Shown here: positions 8,956-18,714 of the stretch, in pieces
How the letters are laid out: each line of letters starts with the position of its first letter
How positions within the stretch are numbered: the stretch's first letter is position 1
From: Candidatus Woesearchaeota archaeon
GTDB taxonomy: Archaea > Nanobdellota > Nanobdellia > SCGC-AAA011-G17 > JAGVZH01
Length of the DNA stretch: 37,235 nt
Assembly (NCBI GenBank): GCA_018302745.1
Contig: JAGVZH010000014.1
Span: forward strand, 1 to 37,235
Direction: 5' to 3'
Notes under the pieces: model-generated
What the model saw: the letters and a program-made list of their open reading frames with translations, nothing else
What the model was told of the DNA's origin: nothing
The model's database searches: none
Program-made: the position numbers and the translations under genes

Positions 8956-9516
8956 ATGGGGATTTTAACATACAGTCTGCCAAGAAATTCTGATGTTGTA
9001 ACAGATATTATTGACCATATTCCCAAAAATTGGGGAGGAATGGAAGGTTTTTTTGTCTCGCCAAGAGAAGTTTACGGATTAGGGAATAGAAAATTTTTAG
9101 ACTTATCTGATATTATTGCTGTAAGACCAATTTCAGATTTATTGGAAGATTGTGAAGAAAACAGAAGAAAGGAATCACTAAATGGGCAGGGATATTTTGA
9201 TGCTGTAAGGATTAACAGAGAATTTGAGGATAACATCAAAGAAACCAGGCTTTTAAGAAAGTACATTAAAGCTTGTTTAGAACAAAATTATATCGGCTAT
9301 TTTTATCTTTATAATGCTTTCCTGCCGAAAAAGTTTTTAACTGCAGAGAAAGTTCTTAAATTTTCAAATAGGATATATGACAGAAAAGTTCAGCTTAAAT
9401 TCCGAAGCAAAGAGGATATTTTAGGCTTCAACAGAGAAGATAATATTGAAGATATAAAGGATATAATGGATTTAAAAAAATATTTCAATGAACTGAAATT
9501 AAAAAAAATTAACTAA
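8956..9516 (+). CDS. Hypothetical protein
   Basis: 186 aa ORF tightly coupled to both neighbours. Confidence 0.65.
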   Translation: MGILTYSLPRNSDVVTDIIDHIPKNWGGMEGFFVSPREVYGLGNRKFLDLSDIIAVRPISDLLEDCEENRRKESLNGQGYFDAVRINREFEDNIKETRLLRKYIKACLEQNYIGYFYLYNAFLPKKFLTAEKVLKFSNRIYDRKVQLKFRSKEDILGFNREDNIEDIKDIMDLKKYFNELKLKKIN

Positions 9517-10433
9517 TGAAAGCAATAAAGCATGTTAATGTGGAAAAAGGAATGAAAATTAATGATTTAATTAAAGAATTTTCCAATTCCAATGTAATGC
9601 AGGCTGGTAAATTAGCTAAAGCGGTTGATATTCTGGAAAAGATGATTAAGGACAAAGACTGCAAGGTGTTTTTCGGCCAGGCAGGTGCGTTAGTTCCTGG
9701 TGGAATGAAAAATTTGATTCTTGACTTGATAAGAAACAAATGGGTAGATATTTTTGTTACAACAGGGGCAACCTTAACTCATGACTTAATTGAAGCTTTA
9801 GGCTATGAGCATTACCAAGGAGATGAAAATGCTGATGATGAGGAGCTGAATAAAAAAGGGCTGTATAGGATGTACAACAGCTATATGGACAACAGAGCCT
9901 ATCAAAAAATTGAGGATTTTATTAAAGAAAATTTTGATGAATTGAGCAAAGCAAAAAAAATAAATGATTTTTTAAAAATCTTAGGAAGCAAAGTTAAACA
10001 TAAGGATTCAATTTTGAGAGCCTGTTATGAAAACAATATCCCCATATTTTGTCCTGCTTTAAGTGATTCTGGATTAGGATTGATGGTATGGGGGCAGCTA
10101 ACACAAGGCAAGGAAGTTTCTGTAGGAGCATTTGATGATCTAAAAGACATTTTGGACATAGCTTGGACAAGCAAAAAATCAGGTGTTTTTTATTTGGGAG
10201 GCGGAGTTCCTAAAAATTATATTCAGCAGGCAATGCAGTTCAGCAAGGAAGCTGCTTATGGAGTTCAAGTAACAATGGACAAGGCTGAATTTGGAGGAAG
10301 CTCTGGCGCTTCATTAAAAGAAGGAATAAGCTGGGGAAAGATGCAGAGCCATGCGGATTTTGTTGATGTCAAAGTTGACTCTACTATTGCTTTACCATTA
10401 ATTATTGCCAGCTTAAAAGAAAGATTACTATAA
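9516..10433 (+). CDS. dys: Deoxyhypusine synthase
   Basis: TTGATLTHD, PIFCPALSDS, GGGVPKN, GGSSGA, EGISWGK with active-site Lys. Confidence 0.93.
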   Translation: MKAIKHVNVEKGMKINDLIKEFSNSNVMQAGKLAKAVDILEKMIKDKDCKVFFGQAGALVPGGMKNLILDLIRNKWVDIFVTTGATLTHDLIEALGYEHYQGDENADDEELNKKGLYRMYNSYMDNRAYQKIEDFIKENFDELSKAKKINDFLKILGSKVKHKDSILRACYENNIPIFCPALSDSGLGLMVWGQLTQGKEVSVGAFDDLKDILDIAWTSKKSGVFYLGGGVPKNYIQQAMQFSKEAAYGVQVTMDKAEFGGSSGASLKEGISWGKMQSHADFVDVKVDSTIALPLIIASLKERLL

Positions 10434-10525
10434 AAATAGTCTAGCAGAAGAAATAGTTATTAAAAATCTCATTGTGAATCCTGCTGTTTTTATCTTTTAG
10501 TAATTTAATAAAGAAAATAAAAAAA

Positions 10526-11338
10526 TTATTTCTTGGAATTTTTAGATAAGCCATTCCATACCATTTCATACATATCCTGCATTGCAGATGTAAAGTATGG
10601 AGTATTTACCCAGACTCCCAAGTCATAACTTGGATGAACTTCATCATCATCCAAAACCATGAACAATAGTTCCTTGCCGTCAATCAAAGCAAACCTTGCC
10701 TTGATATTCTTTAAATTCCTTATCTCTGCTATCTTGCTTAAGTCTTTTGCAGCTTCCTGGCTTTCCTTGTTTATTGGGGCAGCTATTTTAATTTTAACTC
10801 CTTTTTTAGCAGCTTTTTCCAATTCAGGCTTCAAAGCATCTACTTTTCTTGCCAATCCCTTAGAAGTCGTCATTAAATGGATGCTTTTTTGAGCATTCTT
10901 GATCATTGTCTCCATATGAACATAAAGATTCTGCCTTCCCCTTAACGCTCCGCTTAAATCACTAGGCTCTATATACTGTATTCCTTGAGTGTGAAGAAGA
11001 TTCAATTCCTTTAAAACATCAGTCCCTCTTAGATTATCTAACTTCTTGACATCGTCATCTGCATCTACTCTGATTAATTTCTTTACTCTTTCTACAACTT
11101 CAAGAGGCTCAACAGCAGTATATTTTATAGGCTTGCCTAACTTCATAACAACAAAGCCTTTTTTTTCTAAGCTTTCCAGAACATCGTATGCTCTTGATCT
11201 AGGAACATCGCCAATGTCGCTTAGTTCGCCTGCTGTGCTAACCCCTCTTGACAACAACGCAGTCCATATTCGGACTTCATATAAATTTAGATGAAAATAT
11301 TGCCTTAGTTTATTTAAAAACTCCTCTTTTACAATCAT
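10526..11338 (-). CDS. TrmB family transcription regulator
   Basis: LNLYEVRIWTALL...TAGELSDIGDVPRSRAYDVLESLEKKGFV...GKPIKY. Confidence 0.93.
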   Translation of the reverse strand: MIVKEEFLNKLRQYFHLNLYEVRIWTALLSRGVSTAGELSDIGDVPRSRAYDVLESLEKKGFVVMKLGKPIKYTAVEPLEVVERVKKLIRVDADDDVKKLDNLRGTDVLKELNLLHTQGIQYIEPSDLSGALRGRQNLYVHMETMIKNAQKSIHLMTTSKGLARKVDALKPELEKAAKKGVKIKIAAPINKESQEAAKDLSKIAEIRNLKNIKARFALIDGKELLFMVLDDDEVHPSYDLGVWVNTPYFTSAMQDMYEMVWNGLSKNSKK

Positions 11339-11363
11339 TTATCGCACCTTCCCCGCATGTTTT

Positions 11364-11436
11364 TCCAGTCTATTAAAAGGAGTCAACACAAAAACCTATG
11401 TCAATTATAAACCACCCCTCTTAAGATACTACTGGA
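11364..11436 (-). promoter_or_regulatory. Structured 5' leader of the TrmB gene
   Basis: Minus-strand stem UUAAGAGGGGU/ACUCCUUUUAA (11 bp, 2 G-U), inner GACAUAG/UUGUGUU; TATA at 11451-11460. Confidence 0.45.
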
Positions 11437-11506
11437 TACTAATCATAACCTATATATAAATGTTATTATTGTTTAGTTTATATATCCATATCCCTATTTT
11501 AGAGTT

Positions 11507-12115
11507 TTAATTTTTCTTTTTTTTCTTGTTCTCATTAATCTTCTTTTTAATTTTACTGCTTAGCTCTTTTAAGATTTTATTTTCTACTTCAAGATTTCCC
11601 CATCTTTCAAAATAAACAATTTTATTAAGGTCAACTTTTAAAGAAGCTCTTGCTTTTTTATCGCTGTATCCCAAAGTTATTATTACTTCTGGATTCGTAT
11701 CTTCAGGAATTCTAAGCTCTCTTTTCAGCGCCTTGCTCTCAAATGTGTCTACCCAACAGGTGCCTACTCCAAGAGAATTTGCCCTTATCAGCATGTTTTG
11801 GACAGCAGCAGAAATAGTCTGCATTGCATACTTATCAGCTCTTTTTCCGTAATATGATTTTAAAGTAGTCTTGTTGCTGCAGACAACCAAAACAGCAGGA
11901 GCTTGAGATATCCAGCTTTGCTTCATAGCTAATCTTGCTATTTTATTCTTTACCCTTTCATCCTTAACAACAATAACTCTCCATAACTGGATATTACCTG
12001 CAGAAGGGGCATATCTTCCGGCATCAATAATTTCTTCTATAGTGCTTAATCCAATGTCTTTATCTTTATACTCTCTGACACTTCTTCTTGTTATGATAGC
12101 TTCTCTTGCATCCAT
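11507..12115 (-). CDS. Nitroreductase family protein
   Basis: RRSVREY, APSAGNIQLW, QNMLIRANSLGVGTCWV, ITLGY. Confidence 0.93.
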   Translation of the reverse strand: MDAREAIITRRSVREYKDKDIGLSTIEEIIDAGRYAPSAGNIQLWRVIVVKDERVKNKIARLAMKQSWISQAPAVLVVCSNKTTLKSYYGKRADKYAMQTISAAVQNMLIRANSLGVGTCWVDTFESKALKRELRIPEDTNPEVIITLGYSDKKARASLKVDLNKIVYFERWGNLEVENKILKELSSKIKKKINENKKKKKN

Positions 12116-12155
12116 AAGATAAATAAAACAATTAGAATATAAAAAGGTTTTGTAA

Positions 12156-12476
12156 TTAAACTTTTACATGTTGTCTAATTTTAGTGCTTATTCTTTCAAG
12201 TTCTGATTCTATTCTGCTTCTCATAAGCTCTTCTGCATCAGTTATTTGGTCTTCTATGTCTATAAATTTTTCTTCTTCTCCTGAGATTCTAACAATGACA
12301 TTTTCCCGCTTATCCAAAATGTATGTTATGGTTGTGTTATTAAATACCCATTCTTGGTAATTGTCAAGACCTATAGAAACTTTTTTAAATTGAAAAATTT
12401 GAGAGATTGTCCTATCAAAACTTTTTGGCCTGTAAGGAAATCTTCCAGAAATACCTTGATAAAATATTTTTTCCAT
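12156..12476 (-). CDS. Hypothetical protein
   Basis: 106 aa ORF with upstream TTTATAAA. Confidence 0.6.
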   Translation of the reverse strand: MEKIFYQGISGRFPYRPKSFDRTISQIFQFKKVSIGLDNYQEWVFNNTTITYILDKRENVIVRISGEEEKFIDIEDQITDAEELMRSRIESELERISTKIRQHVKV

Positions 12477-12550
12477 GTCAATTTTTTAAATCAGATATTT
12501 ATAAAGCTTGCTATCAATAATTTTTTAAACTCTTGTATCCCTAAATAAGT

Positions 12551-14386
12551 ATGCTTTACAAACAACTGGCAGAAGTGTATTCTGAATTAGAATCAACTTC
12601 AAAAAGATTAAAGAAAACTTATATAATAGCTAATTTTTTAAAAAATGTTTCTGAGAAAGATATTGAACATATAACATATTTAATACAAGGCTTGATATTT
12701 CCTTTGTGGGAAGAGAAAAAAATTGGATTCTCAACACAATTAATGCAGAAAGCAATAGCATCTTCAACAGGATCATCATTAAAAGAAGTAGAAGGATTAT
12801 GGAAAAAGACAGGCGATTTGGGATTAGTTGCAGAAGATTTAAGCAGACAAAGGAAACAAAAAACTTTATTCTCAAAAGAATTAACAACAAAAAAAGTGTT
12901 TGATAATTTAAGGACTTTAGCAACTTTAGAAGGTATTGGAACAGTAAATAAAAAAATTTCCTTAGTGTCTGAACTATTAACATCAGCTTCTCCCATTGAG
13001 GCAAAGTACATAACAAGAACTGTATTGGAACAATTAAGAATTGGGGTAGCAGAAGGGACTTTAAGGGATTCCATTGTATGGTGCTATTTTCCTAAGCTGG
13101 AAAAGATTTCAAACAAAGAGTATGACAAATTAAAAAATGGTAAGAAGTTAAAAGTAAATTCTTTGGAAGAGATAAAAGATTATGAAAATTATGAATTAAT
13201 AGAAACAGAAGATGAGAAAAATGCAAGGGAAATTTATAATTTTTTTATCAAAAAAGTCCAGAAAGCTTATGATCTATGCAATGATTTTTCTTTAGTAACA
13301 AAAACTTTGGTTGAAAAAGGAATTAAAGGACTAGATGGTATAAAAATTAAAGTTCATACTCCAATCCAGGTTATGCTGCCAATTAGAGTTGAAAATTTGG
13401 AAGAATCTTTCAAAGACTTAGGAGGGAAAATACAGATAGAACAAAAATTTGATGGATTTAGGGTTGAAGTGCATTATGATGGTAAAAAATTCTCTTTATT
13501 CACAAGAAGATTAGAGAATGTTACAACTCAATTCTCAGAATTAATCCCAATATTAAAAAAGCATGTCTCGGGAAAAAACTATATTCTCGATACAGAGGTA
13601 GTCGGCTATGACCCAAAAACTAAAAAATACCTGCCTTTCCAGAATATTTCTCAAAGAATAAAGAGAAAATATGATATTGATGAAATTGCAAAGAAAATTC
13701 CAGTTGAAATAAATGTTTTTGACATTGTTTATTATAATGATAAAAGCCTGATGAATCTTCCTCTAAATGAAAGAAGGAAAATTCTGGAAAAGGCTGTTAA
13801 GGATTCAAAATTAAAAATCGCAAAATCCCCCTATATAATAGCTTCTTCATTAAAAGAGGCTGAAAAGTTCTATAAAGAATGTCTAAAATCAGGACTAGAA
13901 GGCATTGTAATCAAAAAAATTGATTCAAGATACAGGCCAGGAAGATATGTTAGTGGATGGCAGAAATTAAAGCCAGTTTTAGAAACTCTGGATTTAGTGA
14001 TAATCAAGTCTGAATGGGGGGAAGGCAAGAGATCTGACTGGTTGTCTTCTTATACAGTAGCATGCCAAAAAGATGGCAAATTTTTAGAAGTTGGAAAAGT
14101 CTCTACTGGATTAAAGGAAAAGAAAGAAGAAGGATTAAGCTTTGAGCAATTAACTAAAATGTTAAGGCCTTTGGTAAAATCAACGAAAGGAAAGGAAGTT
14201 ACTGTTAAGCCTTCTATTATAATAGAGGTTGCTTTTGAAGAAATACAAAAATCTCCAAAGTATGATTCTGGTTTTGGCTTGAGATTTCCAGTTATCAAAA
14301 GGATAAGATTTGACAAGGGTTTAGAAGATGTTTCTGATTTGGATTTAGTCAAGAAAATTTATGAATCGCAAAAAGGAAAGAAATAA
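12551..14386 (+). CDS. lig: ATP-dependent DNA ligase
   Basis: EQKFDGFR (KxDG), EGIVIK, WQKLKP, LRFPVIKRIRFDK; N-terminal DNA-binding domain. Confidence 0.96.
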   Translation: MLYKQLAEVYSELESTSKRLKKTYIIANFLKNVSEKDIEHITYLIQGLIFPLWEEKKIGFSTQLMQKAIASSTGSSLKEVEGLWKKTGDLGLVAEDLSRQRKQKTLFSKELTTKKVFDNLRTLATLEGIGTVNKKISLVSELLTSASPIEAKYITRTVLEQLRIGVAEGTLRDSIVWCYFPKLEKISNKEYDKLKNGKKLKVNSLEEIKDYENYELIETEDEKNAREIYNFFIKKVQKAYDLCNDFSLVTKTLVEKGIKGLDGIKIKVHTPIQVMLPIRVENLEESFKDLGGKIQIEQKFDGFRVEVHYDGKKFSLFTRRLENVTTQFSELIPILKKHVSGKNYILDTEVVGYDPKTKKYLPFQNISQRIKRKYDIDEIAKKIPVEINVFDIVYYNDKSLMNLPLNERRKILEKAVKDSKLKIAKSPYIIASSLKEAEKFYKECLKSGLEGIVIKKIDSRYRPGRYVSGWQKLKPVLETLDLVIIKSEWGEGKRSDWLSSYTVACQKDGKFLEVGKVSTGLKEKKEEGLSFEQLTKMLRPLVKSTKGKEVTVKPSIIIEVAFEEIQKSPKYDSGFGLRFPVIKRIRFDKGLEDVSDLDLVKKIYESQKGKK

Positions 14387-14470
14387 TTATCTTTTTAAGT
14401 TTCTTTGTGTTCTATATAAGATTAAATAATTCTTTAATTTAATAGATATTTACGATTTCAAAAGTATATA

Positions 14471-14512
14471 ATAAAAAAGAAAGAAGAATGGCTAATGCCC
14501 TAAGGCATTAGC
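14471..14512 (-). terminator. Perfect hairpin plus pyrimidine/U tract downstream of ftsZ
   Basis: GCTAATGCC-CTAA-GGCATTAGC (14491-14512) followed on minus strand by CATTCTTCTTTCTTTTTTAT. Confidence 0.6.
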
Positions 14513-14524
14513 ACAAACCACCAC

Positions 14525-14588
14525 ATCAATGAAGGGCACGTTGAATTTTGGGGGGGTGTTAGTTAAAATTAGCAAGTGCCCTCATGAT
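14525..14588. other. Long imperfect hairpin immediately 3' of the ftsZ stop
   Basis: ATCA.TGA.GGGCAC....AATTTT-(G7 loop)-AAAATT.....GTGCCC-TCA-TGAT. Confidence 0.5.
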
Positions 14589-14590
14589 AA

Positions 14591-15664
14591 TTAAAGCAGA
14601 TCAATGCCCAAGTCTCTGCTCATTACCTGAGCTTCACGGCTTGGTTTTGTTGGATCTGTCTTACCCAGGATGTATGGTGAGTTTACGCCTGCAACAATTG
14701 TCATCACTCTTAATCTTCCCTTCATGGAGTCGTCAACTCTGGCTCCCCAGATTACATTTGCATCTGGATCCAAGCCTTCTGTTATTAATTCACCAATCTT
14801 GCTTACCTCATCCAAAGTTAAGTCTGGTCCGCCTGCTACATGAATTAATGCACCAGTTGCACCTTCATAACTTACATCCAACAAAGGATTGTTCATTGCT
14901 CTTCTTACAGCTTCCTCTACTCTGGAATCTTGCCTGTCAGATTCTCCAACACCGACAGCACATACTCCACCGGACTTCATAATTGCCCTTACATCTGCAT
15001 AATCTAAGTTAACCAATGATGGAATTGCTATAGTCTCTACTATTCCTTTTATCATTGTAGAAATCAATTCATTAGCTACTGCAAATGCCTGTCCAATAGG
15101 CAAATTTCCTGCAATGTTGACTAATCTATTGTTATCTATTACAATTACGCTATCACAAACTTGTCTTAGTTGCTGTAATCCAAACTCTGCCTTGTCTATT
15201 CTTGCTCTTTCAATGTCAAAAGGCATTGTTACAGTTCCGATTACAATTGCTCCTATTTCTTTTGCAACTTGTGCTATAATTGGAGTTGCACCTGTAGCAG
15301 TTCCTCCTCCTAATCCACCGCATACAAATACCATGTCTGCTGCTCTAAGAGTCTCTTTTAACTCTGTCATACTTTCTTTTGCAGCATCTCTGGCAACATT
15401 AGGAAATCCTCCTGCTCCCAGTCCTTTAGTTAAATCTCTTCCGATTAGAATTTTTTTGTCTGCTTCATGAACATCTAAATGTTGTTGATCAGTATTAACG
15501 GCTATGATTTCAGCACCCTGAATACCTTTCTTGTATAGCCATGTTGTGGCATTTCCTCCACCACCGCCTACACCAACTACTTTTATATTTGCCTGACCTA
15601 CTTGGAAGTTAACTTGTTTTGTTTCTTCCTGCCTTTTCAACGCATCTTGGATGATAAACTCCAT
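14591..15664 (-). CDS. ftsZ: Cell division protein FtsZ
   Basis: VVGVGGGGGN, AVNTD, GLGAGG, GGGTATG signature variant, VNLDYAD T7 loop, VIWGARVD. Confidence 0.97.
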   Translation of the reverse strand: MEFIIQDALKRQEETKQVNFQVGQANIKVVGVGGGGGNATTWLYKKGIQGAEIIAVNTDQQHLDVHEADKKILIGRDLTKGLGAGGFPNVARDAAKESMTELKETLRAADMVFVCGGLGGGTATGATPIIAQVAKEIGAIVIGTVTMPFDIERARIDKAEFGLQQLRQVCDSVIVIDNNRLVNIAGNLPIGQAFAVANELISTMIKGIVETIAIPSLVNLDYADVRAIMKSGGVCAVGVGESDRQDSRVEEAVRRAMNNPLLDVSYEGATGALIHVAGGPDLTLDEVSKIGELITEGLDPDANVIWGARVDDSMKGRLRVMTIVAGVNSPYILGKTDPTKPSREAQVMSRDLGIDLL

Positions 15665-15764
15665 TTTTTTATTTTTTCCCCCTTTTCAGGTTTTTTTTTG
15701 AATATTGAGTCTCCATTAGCTCTACCAAAAGATTTATATATTAGTAAAGCTACATCTTTTTAGA

Positions 15765-15889
15765 AAGAGTTTTAATTTGCCCAAAAACTTTAAAGCTCTT
15801 AAAGTCCAAAAGTCTAACTAAGAACGCCCAATTCAATGTTAGATTCAACACAACTTAAGTTTTTGACGCCCAATCAAAAACGACAAGTT
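15765..15889. ncRNA. Candidate structured RNA: three tandem hairpins each capped by YGCCCAA
   Basis: Loops at 15778-15784, 15825-15831, 15867-15873 with sequence-divergent but complementary stems; flanked by TATA-like elements. Confidence 0.55.
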
Positions 15890-16058
15890 TTTACTTTATT
15901 TCTCTACAACAGATTAATATTTAAATATTATTGAAGTTTAAGATATATTTTCCAAAATTTATTTTCAAGAATATAATAAATATTTTCTTCTTTTAATAAA
16001 AAATTAATTTTAAATTCTGTTTCACAAGATTTTTATATCCGGCAATTACTTGAATTTT

Positions 16059-17351
16059 ATGTCAAAAGAAGGTGATATAGTAGAAGTAATAAAATCAGAT
16101 AATAGCAAGATAAAAGGAATTCTGATGCATTCCCATTCTAAAGATTCTAATGTAGTAAAGTTATCTTCCGGTTATAATCTAGCTATTAATAAAAACAAAA
16201 TAAAAAATATTACAATTTTAAAAAAACTTTCCAAAAATAAAAAAGAAAAGATAAAAATCAAGCATAAAAAAGGATTAAAAACTGTTGCAGTTTTGCATAC
16301 AGGAGGGACAATTGCTTCAGAAGTTGATTATGAAACTGGTGCTGTAACGCCAAGATTCTCTCCTGAAGAACTAATTGAAATGTTTCCTGAAATAGAGGAG
16401 ATTATTAATGTTAAATCAAGGCTAATTGCAAATATTTCTTCTGAAGACATGAACTTCTCTCATTATAATTTACTAGCAAAAGAGATTGAAAAGGAAGTTA
16501 AGGAAAAAGTTGATGGCATTATAATAACTCACGGCACAGATACAATGCATTATACTTCTGCTGCTTTATCATTTATCCTTGAGAATTTAGACATCCCAGT
16601 TGTTTTAGTAGGCTCACAAAGGTCTTCTGACAGGGGCTCAACAGACGCGAAAATAAATTTAATTTCTGCAGCTAGGTTTATTGCTGAAACAGATTTTTCA
16701 GAAGTCACAATCTGCATGCATGAAAATATGGAAGACAAAACATGCTTAATTTTTCCTGCATGTAAAGTCAGAAAGATGCACACTTCAAGAAGAGATGCTT
16801 TCAAGACAGTTAATGTAAAGCCGTGGGCAAGAGTTCATTACAAAGACAGAGTTGAAATCTTAGACAGCAGATTCAGGAAAAAGGAGAATAGAAAATTAAA
16901 ATTAAATTTATTCAAGGAAAATTTGAAGGTTGGATTTCTAAAGGCCCACCCAAATATGAAAGCTGATGAAATCAGGATGTATTCAAATTTTGACGGTTTG
17001 GTTTTAGAAGGATATGGAATGGCAGGAAATCTCCCTATAAACAAAACAGACAAATTAACTGCAGAAAATGAAATGATATTAAATGAATTGAAGAAATTGG
17101 CTTCAAAAATTCCTGTTTTAGCAGTTTCTCAGACAATATTTGGAAAGATAAACATGAATGTTTACTCTACTGGAAGATTAATGCAGGAAATTGGAATTTT
17201 GGGAAATTTATTGGATATGACTCCAGAAACAGCTTTTATTAAATTAGCTTGGTTATTAAGCAATCATCCAACACAAGTAAAAGAACTTCTATCCCATAAT
17301 TTAAGGGGAGAACTATCAATAAGATTAAATGAAACTGATTTTATAGAATAA
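16059..17351 (+). CDS. gatD: Glu-tRNA(Gln) amidotransferase subunit D
   Basis: KLSSGYNL N-domain, HTGGTIAS, THGTDT, GSQRSSDRGSTD, RKMHTSRRDAF; ATG at 16059 preferred to TTG at 16050. Confidence 0.95.
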   Translation: MSKEGDIVEVIKSDNSKIKGILMHSHSKDSNVVKLSSGYNLAINKNKIKNITILKKLSKNKKEKIKIKHKKGLKTVAVLHTGGTIASEVDYETGAVTPRFSPEELIEMFPEIEEIINVKSRLIANISSEDMNFSHYNLLAKEIEKEVKEKVDGIIITHGTDTMHYTSAALSFILENLDIPVVLVGSQRSSDRGSTDAKINLISAARFIAETDFSEVTICMHENMEDKTCLIFPACKVRKMHTSRRDAFKTVNVKPWARVHYKDRVEILDSRFRKKENRKLKLNLFKENLKVGFLKAHPNMKADEIRMYSNFDGLVLEGYGMAGNLPINKTDKLTAENEMILNELKKLASKIPVLAVSQTIFGKINMNVYSTGRLMQEIGILGNLLDMTPETAFIKLAWLLSNHPTQVKELLSHNLRGELSIRLNETDFIE

Positions 17352-17352
17352 A

Positions 17353-18714
17353 ATGAATTTTAATAAGAATTTAAAAGATTATGCAAGGAGTATTATTCCA
17401 ATATACACAAAAGAATTAATTGATTTGGTTAAGATTCCAAGCATAAGCCATGGAAATAAAAACAAAAAAGATCTTCTAAATATCCTAAAGAAAATATCAA
17501 AAACAACAAAAAAATACGGCTTTAAAACAAAAATAATAGAGACAAAAGGGAACCCAGTTTTTGTGGGAATTTTAGAAACAGGAAAGAAAAAGCCATGGCT
17601 GACAATATACAATCATTTGGATGTCCAGCCTGCAAAGGAAAAAGAATGGAAAACAAATCCTTTTAAGCCAATTGTAAAACAAGGAAAAGTAATAGGCAGG
17701 GGTACAACAGATGACAAAGGACCTGCTTTAACAATCATCCATGCTATAAACTTTCTAAAAAAATACAATTATGAAATGCCAAACATACAATTAATTTATG
17801 AAACAGAAGAAGAAATTGGCAGCCCTAATTTTGGCTCTTTTCTTAAAAAAAATAAGCTAAAAACTCCTGACTCAATTTTAATTTCAGATACTTTGTTTCA
17901 GGGAAAAAATCCATCTTTAACATACAGATTGAGAGGGATTCAGGTTTTAGAATTAGAACTAGAAACCGGCAAAAAAGAGCTTCATTCAGGTGTTTTGGGA
18001 AATGCAGTAAAAAACCCTTTAAACATTTTAATTGATGCTTTGTCAAAATGTGTGGATGAAAAAAGGAATGTGTTGATACCAGGATTTTATGATAATGTTA
18101 AAAAGATAAAAGGAAGAGAATTAAAGGAATTAAAAAACGTTGCAAAAAGATTCAGCCTAAAAAAATTTAAAGATGATACTAAAGCTGAATTATATGAAGA
18201 AAATCCTCTGAAATTATTATTCAACATCTGGTATAAGCCAAGTTTTGAAATTCACGGCTTTGAAGGCATCCAGTATGAGCCCAATGTTATCAAGACTTCT
18301 ATTCCGAATAAAGTTAAGGCTAAAGTTACTATTAGATTAGTTCCTGGACAAAAACCAAAAGAAATAGTTAAAAAACTGCAAAAACATGTTAAAAAAATTC
18401 ATCCAAAAATCAAAGTTATTACTCTGGATAGTGTAGAGGCAAGTGTAACAGATATTAATAATAAATTTATGGTTAAGGCAAAAGAAGCCTGTAAGTATGG
18501 ATTTAACTTAGAGCCGTTATTTGTTGCAACAGGAGGGACAATTGGATCTGTTCATCATTTTCAGAAAGCTTACAAAAAGCCAATAATACTAATAGCCCAA
18601 AGCTTATTGTCAGATGGCTATCATGCCCCAAATGAGTATTTTTCATTAAAACAGGCTGAAAAAGGTATAAAAACAATGGCAAAATACATTAATAGCATAG
18701 CTGATTTTGATTAA
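17353..18714 (+). CDS. M20 family metallopeptidase (dipeptidase-like)
   Basis: YNHLDVQP, GRGTTDDKG, ETEEEIGS, LHSG, HAPNE. Confidence 0.92.
   Translation: MNFNKNLKDYARSIIPIYTKELIDLVKIPSISHGNKNKKDLLNILKKISKTTKKYGFKTKIIETKGNPVFVGILETGKKKPWLTIYNHLDVQPAKEKEWKTNPFKPIVKQGKVIGRGTTDDKGPALTIIHAINFLKKYNYEMPNIQLIYETEEEIGSPNFGSFLKKNKLKTPDSILISDTLFQGKNPSLTYRLRGIQVLELELETGKKELHSGVLGNAVKNPLNILIDALSKCVDEKRNVLIPGFYDNVKKIKGRELKELKNVAKRFSLKKFKDDTKAELYEENPLKLLFNIWYKPSFEIHGFEGIQYEPNVIKTSIPNKVKAKVTIRLVPGQKPKEIVKKLQKHVKKIHPKIKVITLDSVEASVTDINNKFMVKAKEACKYGFNLEPLFVATGGTIGSVHHFQKAYKKPIILIAQSLLSDGYHAPNEYFSLKQAEKGIKTMAKYINSIADFD

Noticed and set aside
15290..15320. FtsZ signature GGGTATG instead of GGGTGTG
   Set aside because: Single conservative change with all other GTPase motifs intact; not enough to infer altered function
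14584..15470. Plus-strand ORFs of 132 and 118 aa
   Set aside because: Antisense to ftsZ; the same applies to other track ORFs nested in or opposite lig, gatD, lemA, htpX, the UbiB kinase and the synthetases
15669..15716. Possible uORF METQYSKKNLKRGKK upstream of ftsZ, and search for a CdrS-like ribbon-helix-helix gene
   Set aside because: Only 15 codons in A-rich sequence, expected by chance; no RHH-sized ORF seen
15765..15889. Mini-CRISPR or replication-origin interpretation of the spaced heptamer repeats
   Set aside because: Repeat is only 7-9 nt with self-complementary flanks, no cas genes, no ORB-like sequence or adjacent cdc6
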